64,000 nucleotides of DNA from an uncultured delta proteobacterium (GCA_963778655.1 CAVZVA010000009.1:1184001-1248000), one strand, 5' to 3'; positions 44,010-54,670 are shown, counted from the first letter of the stretch. Notes: a model not told the origin generated them from the letters alone. A program made the numbers and translations.

Positions 44010-46252
44010 CTACTCGTAGCGCAGCGCGTCGACCGGGCGCAGCCGGCTTGCCAGCAGCGCCGGATAGATGGTGATCACCAGGCACACCACCACCGCCGCG
44101 ATGCCGGTGAGGCTGAACTCGGTCGCATCGACGTGCACGGGAAGGCGATCGATATAGTACACTTCGGGATTCATGCGTATGCCGAAGTGCTCGGCGGCAA
44201 AGCACGCCAGGTAGCCCAGAAACAGCCCGAGCGCCGCGCCCAGCACCCCGATCAAGCCGCCTTCGATCACGAACACGGACACCACGGCGCGATCGGAGCT
44301 GCCCATCGCCTTGAGCACCGCCACCTCGCGCCCCTTCTCCTGGACCATCAGGGTGAGCGTGCCCGCGATGCAGAAGCTCGCCACCAGAATCGCGATCCCC
44401 AGCGCTACGAACATCGCCAGCTTCTCCAGCGCCAGCGCGCCGAACAGCCGGCTGTTGAGCTGTTCCCAGTCGCGCACGCGCAAGCCAAGGCCGGCCAGCG
44501 CCGTGCGGATCGCGGCCGCGCTCTCCGGTGCGCGCTCGACGTCGCGCACGCGCACCTCGACCCCGCTGACGGTGTCTCCGGTGTTCAGGAACTTCTGCGC
44601 GGTGCCGAGCGCGACGTAGGTGAACTTCATGTCGTACTCGTACATGCCGCTGTAGAAGATGCCGGCGACCCGGAACGGGCGCGACTTCGGCATCGGCCCC
44701 GAGGGCCCCAGCGCACCGAGCGGTGCGACCACGTTGACCTCGTCGCCCACGTACAGCCGCAGCGCGCGCGCTAGCTCCTGGCCGATCACGATGCCCGGCA
44801 GCAGCTCGCGGTGCTCGGGCTCGGCGTCGGCGGGCTTCGAATCGCGCAGAAAGGCCTCGAGCGACGCGAGCTTCTTCTCCAAGTCGAGCTTCGCGCCTGC
44901 AGCCGCCTTGCTCGCGCCGGCGCCGGGCCGAGCGCCCGCCGCGAGCAAAGGCGGTCCCGCGTCCGGGGCGGCCTCTGAGGTCGCCGTGGCCAGGGCGCCC
45001 GCATCCGCCGGGGCGCCCGCGTCCGCCGGCCCTGCGTCCGCCGGCGCACCGGCGTCCGCGCGCTCCAGTCGCGCTAGCTTGCCGTGGCCCAGGATCAGCG
45101 GGCCGCCACGCATCACGTCGGGCGGCAAGTCGAGCATGCGCTCCGGGTGCTCGAGGTATTCGAGCTTGCCGCTGGTCAGGTTGCGCGGCAGGTCGTTGAC
45201 CTTGCCGATGCGTTGCGGATCGAATCCCGCGCAGCACTGCGGTGGCCAGGTTGCTCGCGCTCGAGAGCATCACCTCGCCGCTGACGAAAGGCGCGGCGCC
45301 GACCACGTCCCGGGCCTTGGCGATCTTCTGCACCAGCGGCCGCCAGTTGGGGATGCGCACCGGGTCGTGCGCGCGGTCGACCACGATGTGGGCGTTGTTG
45401 CCCAGGATCTTGCGCTTGAGATCGCTGCGAAACCCGCCCATCACCGACAGCGTCGTGGTCAGCGAGCAGCACGAGAGGCTCACCGCCAGCACCGACAGAA
45501 TGCTGATCGCGGTTAGAAACCCACTCATCTTGGAGCGCAGGTGGCGCGCCGCCACCAGCGGCTCGAAGCCCGTGCGCTCGACCGCGTCGAGCCCGAACGG
45601 CAGCACGCGCACCATCAGCCTGGCCACGCCCAGCGCGATCAATGCCAGCCTGAGCACCGGCAGCGCGAGCGCCTGCGGCGCGTGCTCTGGCGGCCGCGCC
45701 GGCAGGGCCCACAGCGCGAAGCCCACGGCCAGCGTGAGCAAGACGTCGAATACCACCCAGGCGCGTGCGCGCAGCGGGCGCTGCACCAGAAACCACGCGC
45801 CGATGCTGCCGCCCAGGCAGCACAGCGCGCCGATCGCAGCGAGCAGCGCGGCCGGCCACAGCAGCGGCATGAAGCCCCTGGGCACGCTCAGCCCCAGCCC
45901 CGACTGCAATAGCCGCAGCGCTTCGGGCTGGGCGAACACCGTGACCACGCCGGCGCCGCCCAGCGCGTGGGCCACGCCGCCCAGCGAGAGCGCGAGCAGG
46001 CGTGCCCGGCCGTAGCTCTGGCGCGGCCTTCTGCGCTGGCGAAGCGCCAGCCAGAGCCCGAGGCCCAGCAGCAGGGCGCCGTCGATCGCCGCGGCCGCGA
46101 TCAGCGCCCGGGCGATCTTGGCGTCGAGCAAGGCGCGCAGCAGCAGGTCCTCGTGCTGCAAGCCGAAGCCGACCTCGGCCAGCAGAGATCACCGGAGCCA
46201 GAGCGGCGTAGACGCCGGTCAGCAGCCCCGCGCGCTGTGGCGACCGCGTCAT
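44010..46252 (-). CDS. lolE: LolC/E family permease with long N-terminal membrane extension; two frameshifts (about 46186 and 45223)
   Basis: ATGA overlap with lysS stop; [51 protein letters not shown] spread over three frames. Confidence 0.85.
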
Positions 46253-47841
46253 CGGGGCTCGGGCTTGAGCAATGGGAAGAGCAGGACGTCGCGGATCGAG
46301 CTCTGGTTGCACAGCAGCATCACCAGCCGATCGATGCCCACGCCCAGGCCCGCTGCCGGCGGCATGCCGTGCTGCAGCGCGCGCACGTAGTCGTGGTCGA
46401 AGTCCATCGCCTCCTCGTCGCCCCGCTGCTTGTTCTCGAGCTGGGCGGTGAAGCGTGCGGCCTGATCGTCTGGGTCGTTGAGCTCGCTGAAGGCGTTGCA
46501 CACCTCGCGCTGCTCGATGAACAGCTCGAAGCGGTCCACGAAGCGCGGGTCGCCCTCATTGCGCCGTGCGAGCGGCGAAGCCTCGACCGGGTGCTCGGTG
46601 ACAAACACAGGCAGCGCGTGCGAGCCGTCCGCGGTGCGATACAGCCGCGGCAGGCGCGGCTCGGCCACCAGCTCGAACAGCGCCAGCACGCGCTCGCCGT
46701 AGCTGCGGCAGGCGCCGAGCTGCTTGCGCGCGTCGGCCGACAGCTGGGGTAGCACGCGCTCGCAGGCGGCCGCTAGCTTGTGCTCGTCCTGCACGGTCTC
46801 GCGCGTGAGCACGCCGCGCCACGGCTCGGGCTCGTCGCCTGCAGCGAGCCCCGTGCTGGCGACGATCGCCTCGCGCATGGTGACCCGCACGAAAGCCGGC
46901 TCCAGGTCGAAGGGACGGTCCCTGCATAGCTCCGGGAACCCGACCGCCACCTGGGCGTCGACCTCGCGCAGCATCTGCTCGCACAGATCCAGCAGATCCT
47001 CGTAGGTGGCGTAGGCCATGTACAGCTCGAGCAGGGTGAACTCCGGATTGTGGCGCGTGCTCACGCCCTCGTTGCGGAAGGTGCGCGCAATCTCGTAGAC
47101 GCGGTCGATGCCACCGACTACCAGGCGCTTGAGGTACAGCTCGGGCGCCACGCGCAAGAACAGCGGGATGTCGAGCGCGTTGTGGTGCGTGGTGAAGGGG
47201 CGGGCCGTGGCACCTCCGAGCAGCGGGTGCAGCACCGGCGTCTCCACCTCGAGAAAGCCGCGCGCCTCGAGAAAGCCGCGCAACGCGCGCACCAGCAGGC
47301 TGCGCGCCCTGAACACCTGCATCACCTCGGGATTGGCGAACAGGTCCACGTAGCGCTCGCGGTAGCGCTTCTCCACGTCCTGCAGGCCGTGCCACTTGTC
47401 GGGCGGAGGCAGCAGCGCCTTGGCCAGGTGGCGGTAGCGCTGCACCTTGACCGTGGCGGCCCCGGTCCGCGTGCGCAGCAGCGGCCCCCATACTGCGACG
47501 TGGTCGGCCAGGTCCAGCGCCTTGTACTGGTCGGCCTGTTCAGGCGGCAGCTCGTCGGGCCTGATCAGCGCCTGCGCGCTGCCGTAGGGCGTCTGGATCA
47601 CGATGAAGGGCCCGCGCTTGGCCATCACCCGCCCGTAGAGGGGATACTGCGGCGCGTCCGCCGAGGCTTCACCTTCGCTCGGCAGCTCGGCGCAGCGCTG
47701 CGGGTCGCTCGCGATCGCCAGCAGCTCGCGCCGGGGCGCGTCGTCGCCCTGGAAGTCGTTGGGGTAGGGCGGTACCCCCACCTCCGCCAGCCGCTGCACA
47801 TGCTTTCTGCGTGCCGCGATCAGCTCTTCCTCGCTGGCCAT
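46249..47841 (-). CDS. lysS: Lysyl-tRNA synthetase class II
   Basis: [42 protein letters not shown]. Confidence 0.97.
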   Translation of the reverse strand: MASEEELIAARRKHVQRLAEVGVPPYPNDFQGDDAPRRELLAIASDPQRCAELPSEGEASADAPQYPLYGRVMAKRGPFIVIQTPYGSAQALIRPDELPPEQADQYKALDLADHVAVWGPLLRTRTGAATVKVQRYRHLAKALLPPPDKWHGLQDVEKRYRERYVDLFANPEVMQVFRARSLLVRALRGFLEARGFLEVETPVLHPLLGGATARPFTTHHNALDIPLFLRVAPELYLKRLVVGGIDRVYEIARTFRNEGVSTRHNPEFTLLELYMAYATYEDLLDLCEQMLREVDAQVAVGFPELCRDRPFDLEPAFVRVTMREAIVASTGLAAGDEPEPWRGVLTRETVQDEHKLAAACERVLPQLSADARKQLGACRSYGERVLALFELVAEPRLPRLYRTADGSHALPVFVTEHPVEASPLARRNEGDPRFVDRFELFIEQREVCNAFSELNDPDDQAARFTAQLENKQRGDEEAMDFDHDYVRALQHGMPPAAGLGVGIDRLVMLLCNQSSIRDVLLFPLLKPEPR

Positions 47842-48989
47842 CTAGCTCTGCCCTCGCTCTGGGGTGCCGTGTTCGCCGGCGGCTTTCAGGAGATAGGCCT
47901 CGATGAAGTCGTCGAGGTCGCCGTCCAGCACGCCGTCCACGTCGCTGCTCTTGTAGTCCGTCCGTTCGTCCTTGACCATCGTGTAGGGCTGCAGGGTGTA
48001 GCTTCGGACCTGCGAGCCGAACGCGATCGCGAGCTGCTGATTGGTGTAGTTCTTGGCGAACGCCGCCTCGCGTTCCTGGCGCTGCTTCTCGTATAGACGA
48101 CCGCGCAGCATCTTCATCGCGGTCGAGCGGTTCTTGTGCTGGGAGCGCTCGGCCTGGCATGCGACCACGATCCCGCTCGGCAGGTGGGTGAGGCGCACCG
48201 CAGACTCGGTGCGGTTGACGTGCTGGCCGCCGGCGCCGCTGCTGCGGTAGGTGTCGACGCGCAGATCCTCGGGCTTGATCTCGACGTCCTCCACGTCGTC
48301 GTCGCCCAGGTCGGGCACTACGAACACGCCGGCGAACGCGGTGTGCCGGCGCGCGTTGGCGTCGAAAGGACTGATGCGGATGAGGCGGTGGACGCCGTTT
48401 TCCGCGCGCAGGAAGCCGTAGGCATGGCGGCCCTGCACGGTGAACGAGGCGTCCTTGATGCCGGCTTCGTCGCCGGGCTGCAGGCTCACGAATCTCGGTC
48501 TTGAAGCCCTTGCGCTCGCACCAGCGCAGGTACATCCGCATCAGCATCTCGGCCCAGTCCTGGGCGTCCACCCCGCCCGCGCCGGGGCTGATCGAGACGA
48601 TGGCGTCGGCCTGGTCGTGCGGGCCGGAGAGCATGCGCTCGAGCTCCAGCTCTCGCATCTGTCGCTCGAGCTCCGCGACCTGGCCGCCGAGCTCCTCGAC
48701 CAGGGCCGCATCGCCCTCGCCCTCGGCCAGCTCCAGCAACTCGGTGAGCTCGCTCAACTCGCGGCGGGCGCGATCGAAGCGCCCCAGCGTCTGCTCCACG
48801 CCCGCGCGCTCGTTCAGCAGCCGCTTGGCGGCGTCCGGGTCGTCCCAGAAGCCCTCGCGCAGCGTCTTGTTGTTCAGGCCGTCGAGCTCGCGGCGCAACC
48901 CGTCGACGTCAAAGATACCTCCCCAGCGTCTGCAGACGCTGCGTGAGGCTGCCGAGGTTGTCTCGGATCTCCGACGCGGACATGGTCAT
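47842..48989 (-). CDS. prfB: Peptide chain release factor 2; programmed +1 frameshift plus one probable error at about 48491
   Basis: GGGAGG-TAT-CTT-TGA-C at about 48908-48923; SPF motif; GGQ motif; GGVDAQDW. Confidence 0.95.
48908..48923 (-). promoter_or_regulatory. RF2 autoregulatory +1 frameshift site
   Basis: Internal SD GGGAGG then CTT TGA C at codon 26-27 from ATG 48989. Confidence 0.93.
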
Positions 48990-49017
48990 GCTGGGCGGCC
49001 CTGCTCGAGTGGCGCAT

Positions 49018-49046
49018 GGGGTAGCCCGCTGGCCGAGCGCTGTCAA
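49018..49046 (-). promoter_or_regulatory. Candidate sigma70 promoter TTGACA-N17-TACCCC for prfB operon
   Basis: Direct reading. Confidence 0.4.
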
Positions 49047-49237
49047 CGCGAGCCAGCCGCCCCCCGGCCGAGTCGGCGCCAATGCGGAGCGAAGCGACCC
49101 CGCGGGAGGGGGGGCCCCGTTGGGCTTTGCCCAACCGGCGGGAGGGGACCGTGTCCCTCGCGGTCACAGAAGTCTCGCGAGGCCCGGCCTCAATGCGCGT
49201 AAATCGACTGTCTCGCGGGTCTGAGGCGCAGCGCTCG

Positions 49238-49627
49238 CTAGCGCTTGCGACCACCGACCAGCTTGGCGTAGAGCACCGGGCCAAGGCTCTCGACCATCAG
49301 CCTCTCGACCGTGGTCTCGACCTGCTCGCGCTCGAGCTCGGACTCGAACACGAAGCCGATGCCCATGCCGACGTCGCGCCCTTCGGCCTGTTCGGGGGTG
49401 ACAATCCACTGTACCTTGCCCTTGAGCACTACCGGCTCGGGCAGGCCCGGCACACCCAGCTTGAACACGAAGTCGGTGCCGACCTCGAGCGGGCGGTCGG
49501 TGGAGATGAAGGTGCCGCCGCGGCTGATGTTCTTGGTGTAGTCCGCGAAGAACGAGTTGAGCCGCTTGTACTCGACCCGCAGCTCGATCGGCGCCCGCGG
49601 CGTGTTGCGACGGTCGCTCTCGTCCAC
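49238..49627 (-). CDS. PilZ domain protein (TIGR02266-like)
   Basis: RRNTPR (RxxxR), NISRGG (D/NxSxxG), GMGIGF. Confidence 0.88.
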   Translation of the reverse strand: MDESDRRNTPRAPIELRVEYKRLNSFFADYTKNISRGGTFISTDRPLEVGTDFVFKLGVPGLPEPVVLKGKVQWIVTPEQAEGRDVGMGIGFVFESELEREQVETTVERLMVESLGPVLYAKLVGGRKR

Positions 49628-49862
49628 CGATCAAGGGTAGGGCCGCGGCTGCCAGTCCGTCAAAAACCGGGGGTTATGTATCGAATGTGAATCTACCAGG
49701 GCTGCGCAGGACGACCGGATCCGAGCCCTATACCGTGCCCTGATTTGGGGGTACGGATCCTGTGCAAAGGCGAATGAAACCGTTTGCACAAGCTGGGCAT
49801 GCCGGAACACATGCAGCCGAAGAGATCCGCTTGAGATTCCCCAAATCTGGACGGATCGCTCG

Positions 49863-49878
49863 TGGCACAACCTGTGCA
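49863..49878 (+). promoter_or_regulatory. Sigma54 -24/-12 promoter candidate TGGCAC-AACCT-GTGCA
   Basis: Near-consensus match; palindromes about 75-120 bp upstream. Confidence 0.55.
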
Positions 49879-49891
49879 AGCTAAGCCAGAC

Positions 49892-51130
49892 ATGAGCAAA
49901 CCAGCCGCCGAGCTTGCCATCACCTCCAAGCCTGTGCCCGGACGCGACGACGACGGCAGTGGGCCGTTCCGCATCGCTGACCGCCTCAACGGCACCATGC
50001 TGCCACCCGCGGAGGCCGGCCGGGACGATGTGATCTCGCTCGAGGCACTGGGCGGAATGCTGGAGGCCGAGCCCGAGCCCGCCGGGCCGGTGGCCGTCCC
50101 CCCAATCCCCTCCGCCCTGCGCAGCGGCGTGTTCGAGCGCGAGCTGATCGAAGCCGCGCCCGGCAGCGAAGTCGCCGTTCAGGAGCCGGCGGATCTGGTC
50201 GGCTCGATGCGGCCGTATTACCGCGAGGGTGAGGGTCGCAGCGAGCGTGCCGAGCTCCAGATCGAGGACTTCAGCCTACGCCTCGACAATCCGTGGGTGG
50301 CGTCTTCGCTGGTGCCGCCGGCGCGACGGGCGGCGCCCCGCAGCTGGGCGATCGCGCTCGCCGCCGCGATGGGCGGCGCGCTCGTCGGGATCACGGTGTG
50401 GCAGCTCGCGCAGCCCGCCGCCCAGGTTCAGCCGCCTGCGCGTGTCTCCGCGCCGGTTGCGATACAGCCGCGCACGTCCGCCGCGCCGGGGGCCGAGACC
50501 CCCGCGCCCGTCCCCGCCGTGCAGCCGGCCGCGCCGCAGCCCAAGGTGCTCGCGGCGCAGCCGCCGGCGGCGGCTGCGCCCAAGGTCCAGCGGACCAAGC
50601 TCCAGCCTGCGCCGGTGGCGGCCAAGGTCGAGCGCGCGGCTGCGCCCGTGGAGCAAGGGGCCAACCCCACGCCTGCGGCTGAGCTGCCGGCGGCCACCAA
50701 GGTCGCGGCCGCCGTCGATCCCGCTCGGGCCGCGCTGGCCGCCGCGCTGAGCGCAGCACCCGCGGCCACCGCGCCCATCGGGAGCGCGCCGGCCGCCATT
50801 GCAGTTGCCACGACCGACCAGCCGGAGCAACTCGCTCCCGCGGCCGATGAGACCGCAGCGGTCGCGCTGCCGGAGACGCCCACGCGCGAGCAGGTCATGG
50901 CTGGCTTCGACGCGATTCGCGGCCAACTCGATGCGTGCGCCGCCGGCCAGCACGGCATCGTTCACATCGACGCCACGGTCGCCAACAGCGGCCGCGTCTC
51001 GTACGCCGTGCTCGAGGGCGCGTTCCAGGGCTCGCCCGAGGGCTCCTGCATGGCGCGCGCCGTGCGCGGCGCCCGCTTTCCGCGCTTCAGCCAGCCGAGC
51101 CTGAAGATAAGCTATCCCGTAGCTCTCTGA
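49892..51130 (+). CDS. Single-pass membrane protein, Pro/Ala linker, C-terminal TonB-C/AgmX-like domain
   Basis: TM WAIALAAAMGGALVGITVW; C-terminal domain with Cys pair, SGRV, FPRF, ISYP; start uncertain. Confidence 0.6.
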   Translation: MSKPAAELAITSKPVPGRDDDGSGPFRIADRLNGTMLPPAEAGRDDVISLEALGGMLEAEPEPAGPVAVPPIPSALRSGVFERELIEAAPGSEVAVQEPADLVGSMRPYYREGEGRSERAELQIEDFSLRLDNPWVASSLVPPARRAAPRSWAIALAAAMGGALVGITVWQLAQPAAQVQPPARVSAPVAIQPRTSAAPGAETPAPVPAVQPAAPQPKVLAAQPPAAAAPKVQRTKLQPAPVAAKVERAAAPVEQGANPTPAAELPAATKVAAAVDPARAALAAALSAAPAATAPIGSAPAAIAVATTDQPEQLAPAADETAAVALPETPTREQVMAGFDAIRGQLDACAAGQHGIVHIDATVANSGRVSYAVLEGAFQGSPEGSCMARAVRGARFPRFSQPSLKISYPVAL

Positions 51131-51156
51131 CGGGCCGACGCGGGCCCTGGCCCGGG

Positions 51157-51185
51157 TTGACCGCGACCCGTGGTGGCTCTAGTCT
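51157..51185 (+). promoter_or_regulatory. Candidate sigma70 promoter TTGACC-N17-TAGTCT
   Basis: Direct reading, upstream of ATG 51214. Confidence 0.5.
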
Positions 51186-51213
51186 GCCGACCCCCAGACT
51201 CGAGCCATTCCTC

Positions 51214-53676
51214 ATGCCAGAAGCCTCCGAAGCCGAGGGCCCCGAGGGGGCCGACGCCAGCAGGTCCAGCGGCTCTTTGGCGGAGCCGGTGGCCGAGCCG
51301 GAGCCGCCGCAAGCGGCGCCGCCCGAGGCGCCGGTTGCCGCGGTCGAGGCTGCCGGCACCGGCGATGCCGGGGCTGCGAGCGCGGGCGATGCCGGACAAG
51401 ACGCCGAGACCACCGGCGCGCAGAGCACGGACGAAGCTGCGGCGAGCGGCGCCGAATTCCAGGAAGGGTCGGAAGCGGGCGCGCTCGCAGGCGAAGAGCC
51501 GGGTAGGCCGCCGGAGACCGAGGTCGACGAGGCCGAGGCGGGGCCCGCGGGCGTCAAGCGCAAGCGTCGTCGGCGCAAGAAGCGCAAGGGTGACAGCGCG
51601 GGCGGTGAGCTCGAGGCCGAGCCGAGCGCCGAGCACGGCGAAGCGCGCGGCCGCCGACGCGACGCGCCTGCCCCGCTGGCGCGCTTCTTCCTGGGTGCGC
51701 ACGCCGGCCGCAAGCACGGCTTTGCCGTGGGCGAGGTCGTCGCCGGTCGCGTCAAGGAGGTGGCCGCCGGTTGCATCACCGTCGACCTGTTCGGCAAGGC
51801 GCTCGCGTACGCCGATGAGTTCGAGCCGCGCGAGGCGCCGCCGCCCGTGCTCGAGCCGCCGCCGCGCGAGACGCTGGTGGGAGCCGACGCGGGGCGGGCC
51901 GGTGAGGCGGTGGGCGCTGCGGAAGCGGGCGCCGGTGCAGCCACGGCCGAGGCGGCCACGAACGAGCCCACCGAGGTTGCCGCGGAATCAGCAGCAGAGC
52001 CGAGCGCCCCGCCGCAGGACGCATCCGAGGCGGACAGCGCGTCCGTGGCCGAGCCGAGCGCGCAGGCCGATGCCGCAGCGCCGCACGAGCCGCCCGAGGC
52101 AGAGCCTGAGCCTTCCGCTGCTCCAATCGAGGCGCCCTTCAGCCTCGAGGCGGGAGGCGTGGCCGACGTGCCCGCGGGGCTCGATGGATCGAGCGAGGCC
52201 GGCGGGACGCTCGAAGGGGACGGAGCGAACGACCCGCAGGCGACGCTCGAAGCAGACGGCTCGAGCGACGCGGAGGCGTCGGCCGAGACCACGCTGAACG
52301 GCGAGGCCGCGCACGGCCCGCACGGCCCGCTGCCGGCCGCGCCGGTGGTACCGGACAGCTATCCTCGGCTCGAGCCGCCGGGCCTCGGTCAGGTCTTTCG
52401 CGGGCGGGTTGGCGCCGTCTCCGAGAGCGGCCACATCGCGATCGTGAACCGCGACGTGGATCGTGCAGCGGTGCTGGCGAGCCTGCAGCAATACCGTGAC
52501 GAGCGCCGCCGCGTGCAAGGGTTGGTCTTCGGCTTCAACCGCGGCGGCTTCGACGTGCTGGTCGAAGGCGTGCGCGCGTTCTGCCCGGCCAGTGCGATGA
52601 CCTTCGACGAGATCGAGGATCCGGCGGCGTTGCTGGGCCAGAAGCTCGAGTTTCTGCTGCCCGCTTCTCAACAGGTGTCGAAGGACATCGTGGTCAGCCG
52701 GCGCTCGATCCTGGAGCGGCTGCAGCGCAAGAAGGCCAAGGAGCTGGTGCGCTCGCTGGAGCCCGGCCAACGCCTCGAGGGCCGCGTCACGCAGGTGCGC
52801 GAGTTCGGCCTGTTCGTGGACATCGGCGGGGTCGAGGGCCTCGTGCACCAGAGCGAGCTGTCGTTTGCGCACGGCGTGAAGCCGGCCGACGTGGCTGCGG
52901 TTGGCGACGAGATCGAGGTGCAGGTGCTGCGGGTCGGCGGCGAGCCGCGGCGCGGCCCCGAGGGCGGCCGCAGGGATCGCGTAGAGCGGGTCAGCCTGTC
53001 GATCAAGGCGCTGCTGCCCAATCCGTGGGACGCGTACGCAGAGACGCTCAAAGAGGGCGGGGCCTTGCTCGGCAAGGTGACGCGCACCACCGAGTTCGGC
53101 GCCTTCGTGGAGCTCGCGCCGCAGGTCGAGGGCTTGCTGCACATCACCGAGCTCGGCCGCGACCTGAAGCATGCGAACCAGGCCGTGCGCGAGGGGGACG
53201 AGCTGCCGGTGGTGATCGAGCGCCTCGACAAGCGCGCGCGCCGCATCTCGCTGTCCAAGCTCACCGCGCAGGAGTACGAGGAGCACAAGGCGGGTGCGGC
53301 CGCCGGCGAGGAGGCGCCGCGCAACGTGCGTCCCGGCAGCCGGATCAAGGTCAAGGTCAGTCGCGTGGAGGGGCGCGGCCTGCTGGTCCGGGTGAGCGGC
53401 GTGCTGGGCAAGCGCGCTCGCGGCTACGTGCCGAGCAGCGAGCTGGTGGGAGAGCGCGGCGACTTGCGCAAGGCCTATCCGGTGGGCAGCGAGCTCGAGG
53501 TCAAAGTGGTGGGCCTGGACCGCGACGGCGGCCTTCGCTGCTCGCCCAAGGCGCTGCAGGTCGACGAGGAGCGGCGCGCGGTCAAGGACTACCGGCGCGA
53601 AGCGGCCAAACAGGGCTTCGGCACGTTCGGCGACCTGTTGCGCGCCAAGCTCGGACAGGCCGATTCCAACAAGTGA
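51214..53676 (+). CDS. Multi-S1-domain RNA-binding protein (ribosomal protein S1 paralogue) with large acidic disordered regions
   Basis: RAFCPAS, FGLFVDIGGVEGLVHQSE, FGAFVEL..VEGLLHITE, C-terminal GTFGDLL. Confidence 0.85.
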   Translation: MPEASEAEGPEGADASRSSGSLAEPVAEPEPPQAAPPEAPVAAVEAAGTGDAGAASAGDAGQDAETTGAQSTDEAAASGAEFQEGSEAGALAGEEPGRPPETEVDEAEAGPAGVKRKRRRRKKRKGDSAGGELEAEPSAEHGEARGRRRDAPAPLARFFLGAHAGRKHGFAVGEVVAGRVKEVAAGCITVDLFGKALAYADEFEPREAPPPVLEPPPRETLVGADAGRAGEAVGAAEAGAGAATAEAATNEPTEVAAESAAEPSAPPQDASEADSASVAEPSAQADAAAPHEPPEAEPEPSAAPIEAPFSLEAGGVADVPAGLDGSSEAGGTLEGDGANDPQATLEADGSSDAEASAETTLNGEAAHGPHGPLPAAPVVPDSYPRLEPPGLGQVFRGRVGAVSESGHIAIVNRDVDRAAVLASLQQYRDERRRVQGLVFGFNRGGFDVLVEGVRAFCPASAMTFDEIEDPAALLGQKLEFLLPASQQVSKDIVVSRRSILERLQRKKAKELVRSLEPGQRLEGRVTQVREFGLFVDIGGVEGLVHQSELSFAHGVKPADVAAVGDEIEVQVLRVGGEPRRGPEGGRRDRVERVSLSIKALLPNPWDAYAETLKEGGALLGKVTRTTEFGAFVELAPQVEGLLHITELGRDLKHANQAVREGDELPVVIERLDKRARRISLSKLTAQEYEEHKAGAAAGEEAPRNVRPGSRIKVKVSRVEGRGLLVRVSGVLGKRARGYVPSSELVGERGDLRKAYPVGSELEVKVVGLDRDGGLRCSPKALQVDEERRAVKDYRREAAKQGFGTFGDLLRAKLGQADSNK

Positions 53677-53723
53677 CGGGACGTTGCGAGCGTCTCGCGG
53701 CGCTGGTAGAAAGCACGCTCACC

Positions 53724-53798
53724 GGGCGATTAACTCAGAGGTAGAGTGCCTTCTTCACACGGAGGAAGTCGCTGGTTCAATTCCAGCATCGCCCACCA
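53724..53798 (+). tRNA. tRNA-Val(CAC)
   Basis: GGGCGAT/ATCGCCC acceptor stem, CCTTC-TTCACAC-GGAGG anticodon arm, GGTTCAATTCC, encoded CCA; TTGCGA-N17-TAGAAA upstream. Confidence 0.95.
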
Positions 53799-53878
53799 CT
53801 TGGACGGGGGGCCGGGCTCCAGGGAGCACGACCCAAGCAAGGCGGCTGCGCGGTGAGCGCCCGCTCGAGAGGCTGGGC

Positions 53879-54670
53879 ATGTCGGGCGATCCAATCTTGC
53901 TGGCCCACGACGGGCCCATCAGCACGCTGACCATCAACCGGCCCGAGAAGTTCAACGCGCTCGATCGGCCGACGCTGGAGGCTCTCGCTGCGGCCATCGG
54001 CCAGGTGGCTGCGCGCAAGCAGACCCGCTGCCTGATCGTCACCGGCGCTGGTGAAAAGGCATTCGTCTCGGGCGCAGACATCGCCGCGATGCGCGACATG
54101 CTGCCTGAACAGGCGGAGGCCTTCGCCCGTCTGGGGCAGAGCGCGTTCGCGGCGCTCGAAGCCTTGCCGTTTCCCGTAATCGCGGCGGTCAATGGCCACG
54201 CGCTTGGCGGCGGCTGTGAGCTCGCTCTGGCATGCGACTTCATCTACGCGACGGACAACCCCAAGGCCATGCTCGGCCAGCCCGAGGTCACGCTCGGCAT
54301 CGTGCCGGGCTTCGGCGGCACCCAGCGTCTGGCGCGGCGCGTCGGCCTGGGGGTGGCGCGCGAGCTCGTCTACACCGGTCGCAGGCTGGGCCCCGAGGAG
54401 GCGCTGCGCATCGGTCTGGTCAACGCGGTGGTGCCGCGCTCTGAGCTGATGAAGCACGTCCGGGACGTGGCGAACGAGGTGGCCAACGTGGGCCCGTGTG
54501 CCGTGGCGGCCGCCAAGCAAGTCATGAACGCCGGCGCAGACCTGCCGCTCGCGGTCGCGATCGAGCTGGAAGCCAAGGCTTTCGGCCGCCTGTTCGCCGA
54601 GCCCGAGCAACGCGAGGGCATGGGCGCCTTCCTCGACAAACGCAAGCCGGAGTTTCCGGACCGGGACTAG
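53879..54670 (+). CDS. Enoyl-CoA hydratase (crotonase)
   Basis: [29 protein letters not shown]. Confidence 0.92.
   Translation: MSGDPILLAHDGPISTLTINRPEKFNALDRPTLEALAAAIGQVAARKQTRCLIVTGAGEKAFVSGADIAAMRDMLPEQAEAFARLGQSAFAALEALPFPVIAAVNGHALGGGCELALACDFIYATDNPKAMLGQPEVTLGIVPGFGGTQRLARRVGLGVARELVYTGRRLGPEEALRIGLVNAVVPRSELMKHVRDVANEVANVGPCAVAAAKQVMNAGADLPLAVAIELEAKAFGRLFAEPEQREGMGAFLDKRKPEFPDRD

Noticed and set aside
43279..46161. Apparent 960-aa permease-LolD fusion
   Set aside because: Created by the frameshift at about 45223; the middle is off-frame and lolD has its own ATG at 43983
48908..48923. prfB in-frame TGA as a novelty
   Set aside because: Well-known programmed +1 frameshift; listed as a feature
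24815..48989. tig, lolE and prfB as pseudogenes
   Set aside because: Single-base indels in otherwise intact core genes with a shared GATC context; sequencing error is more plausible
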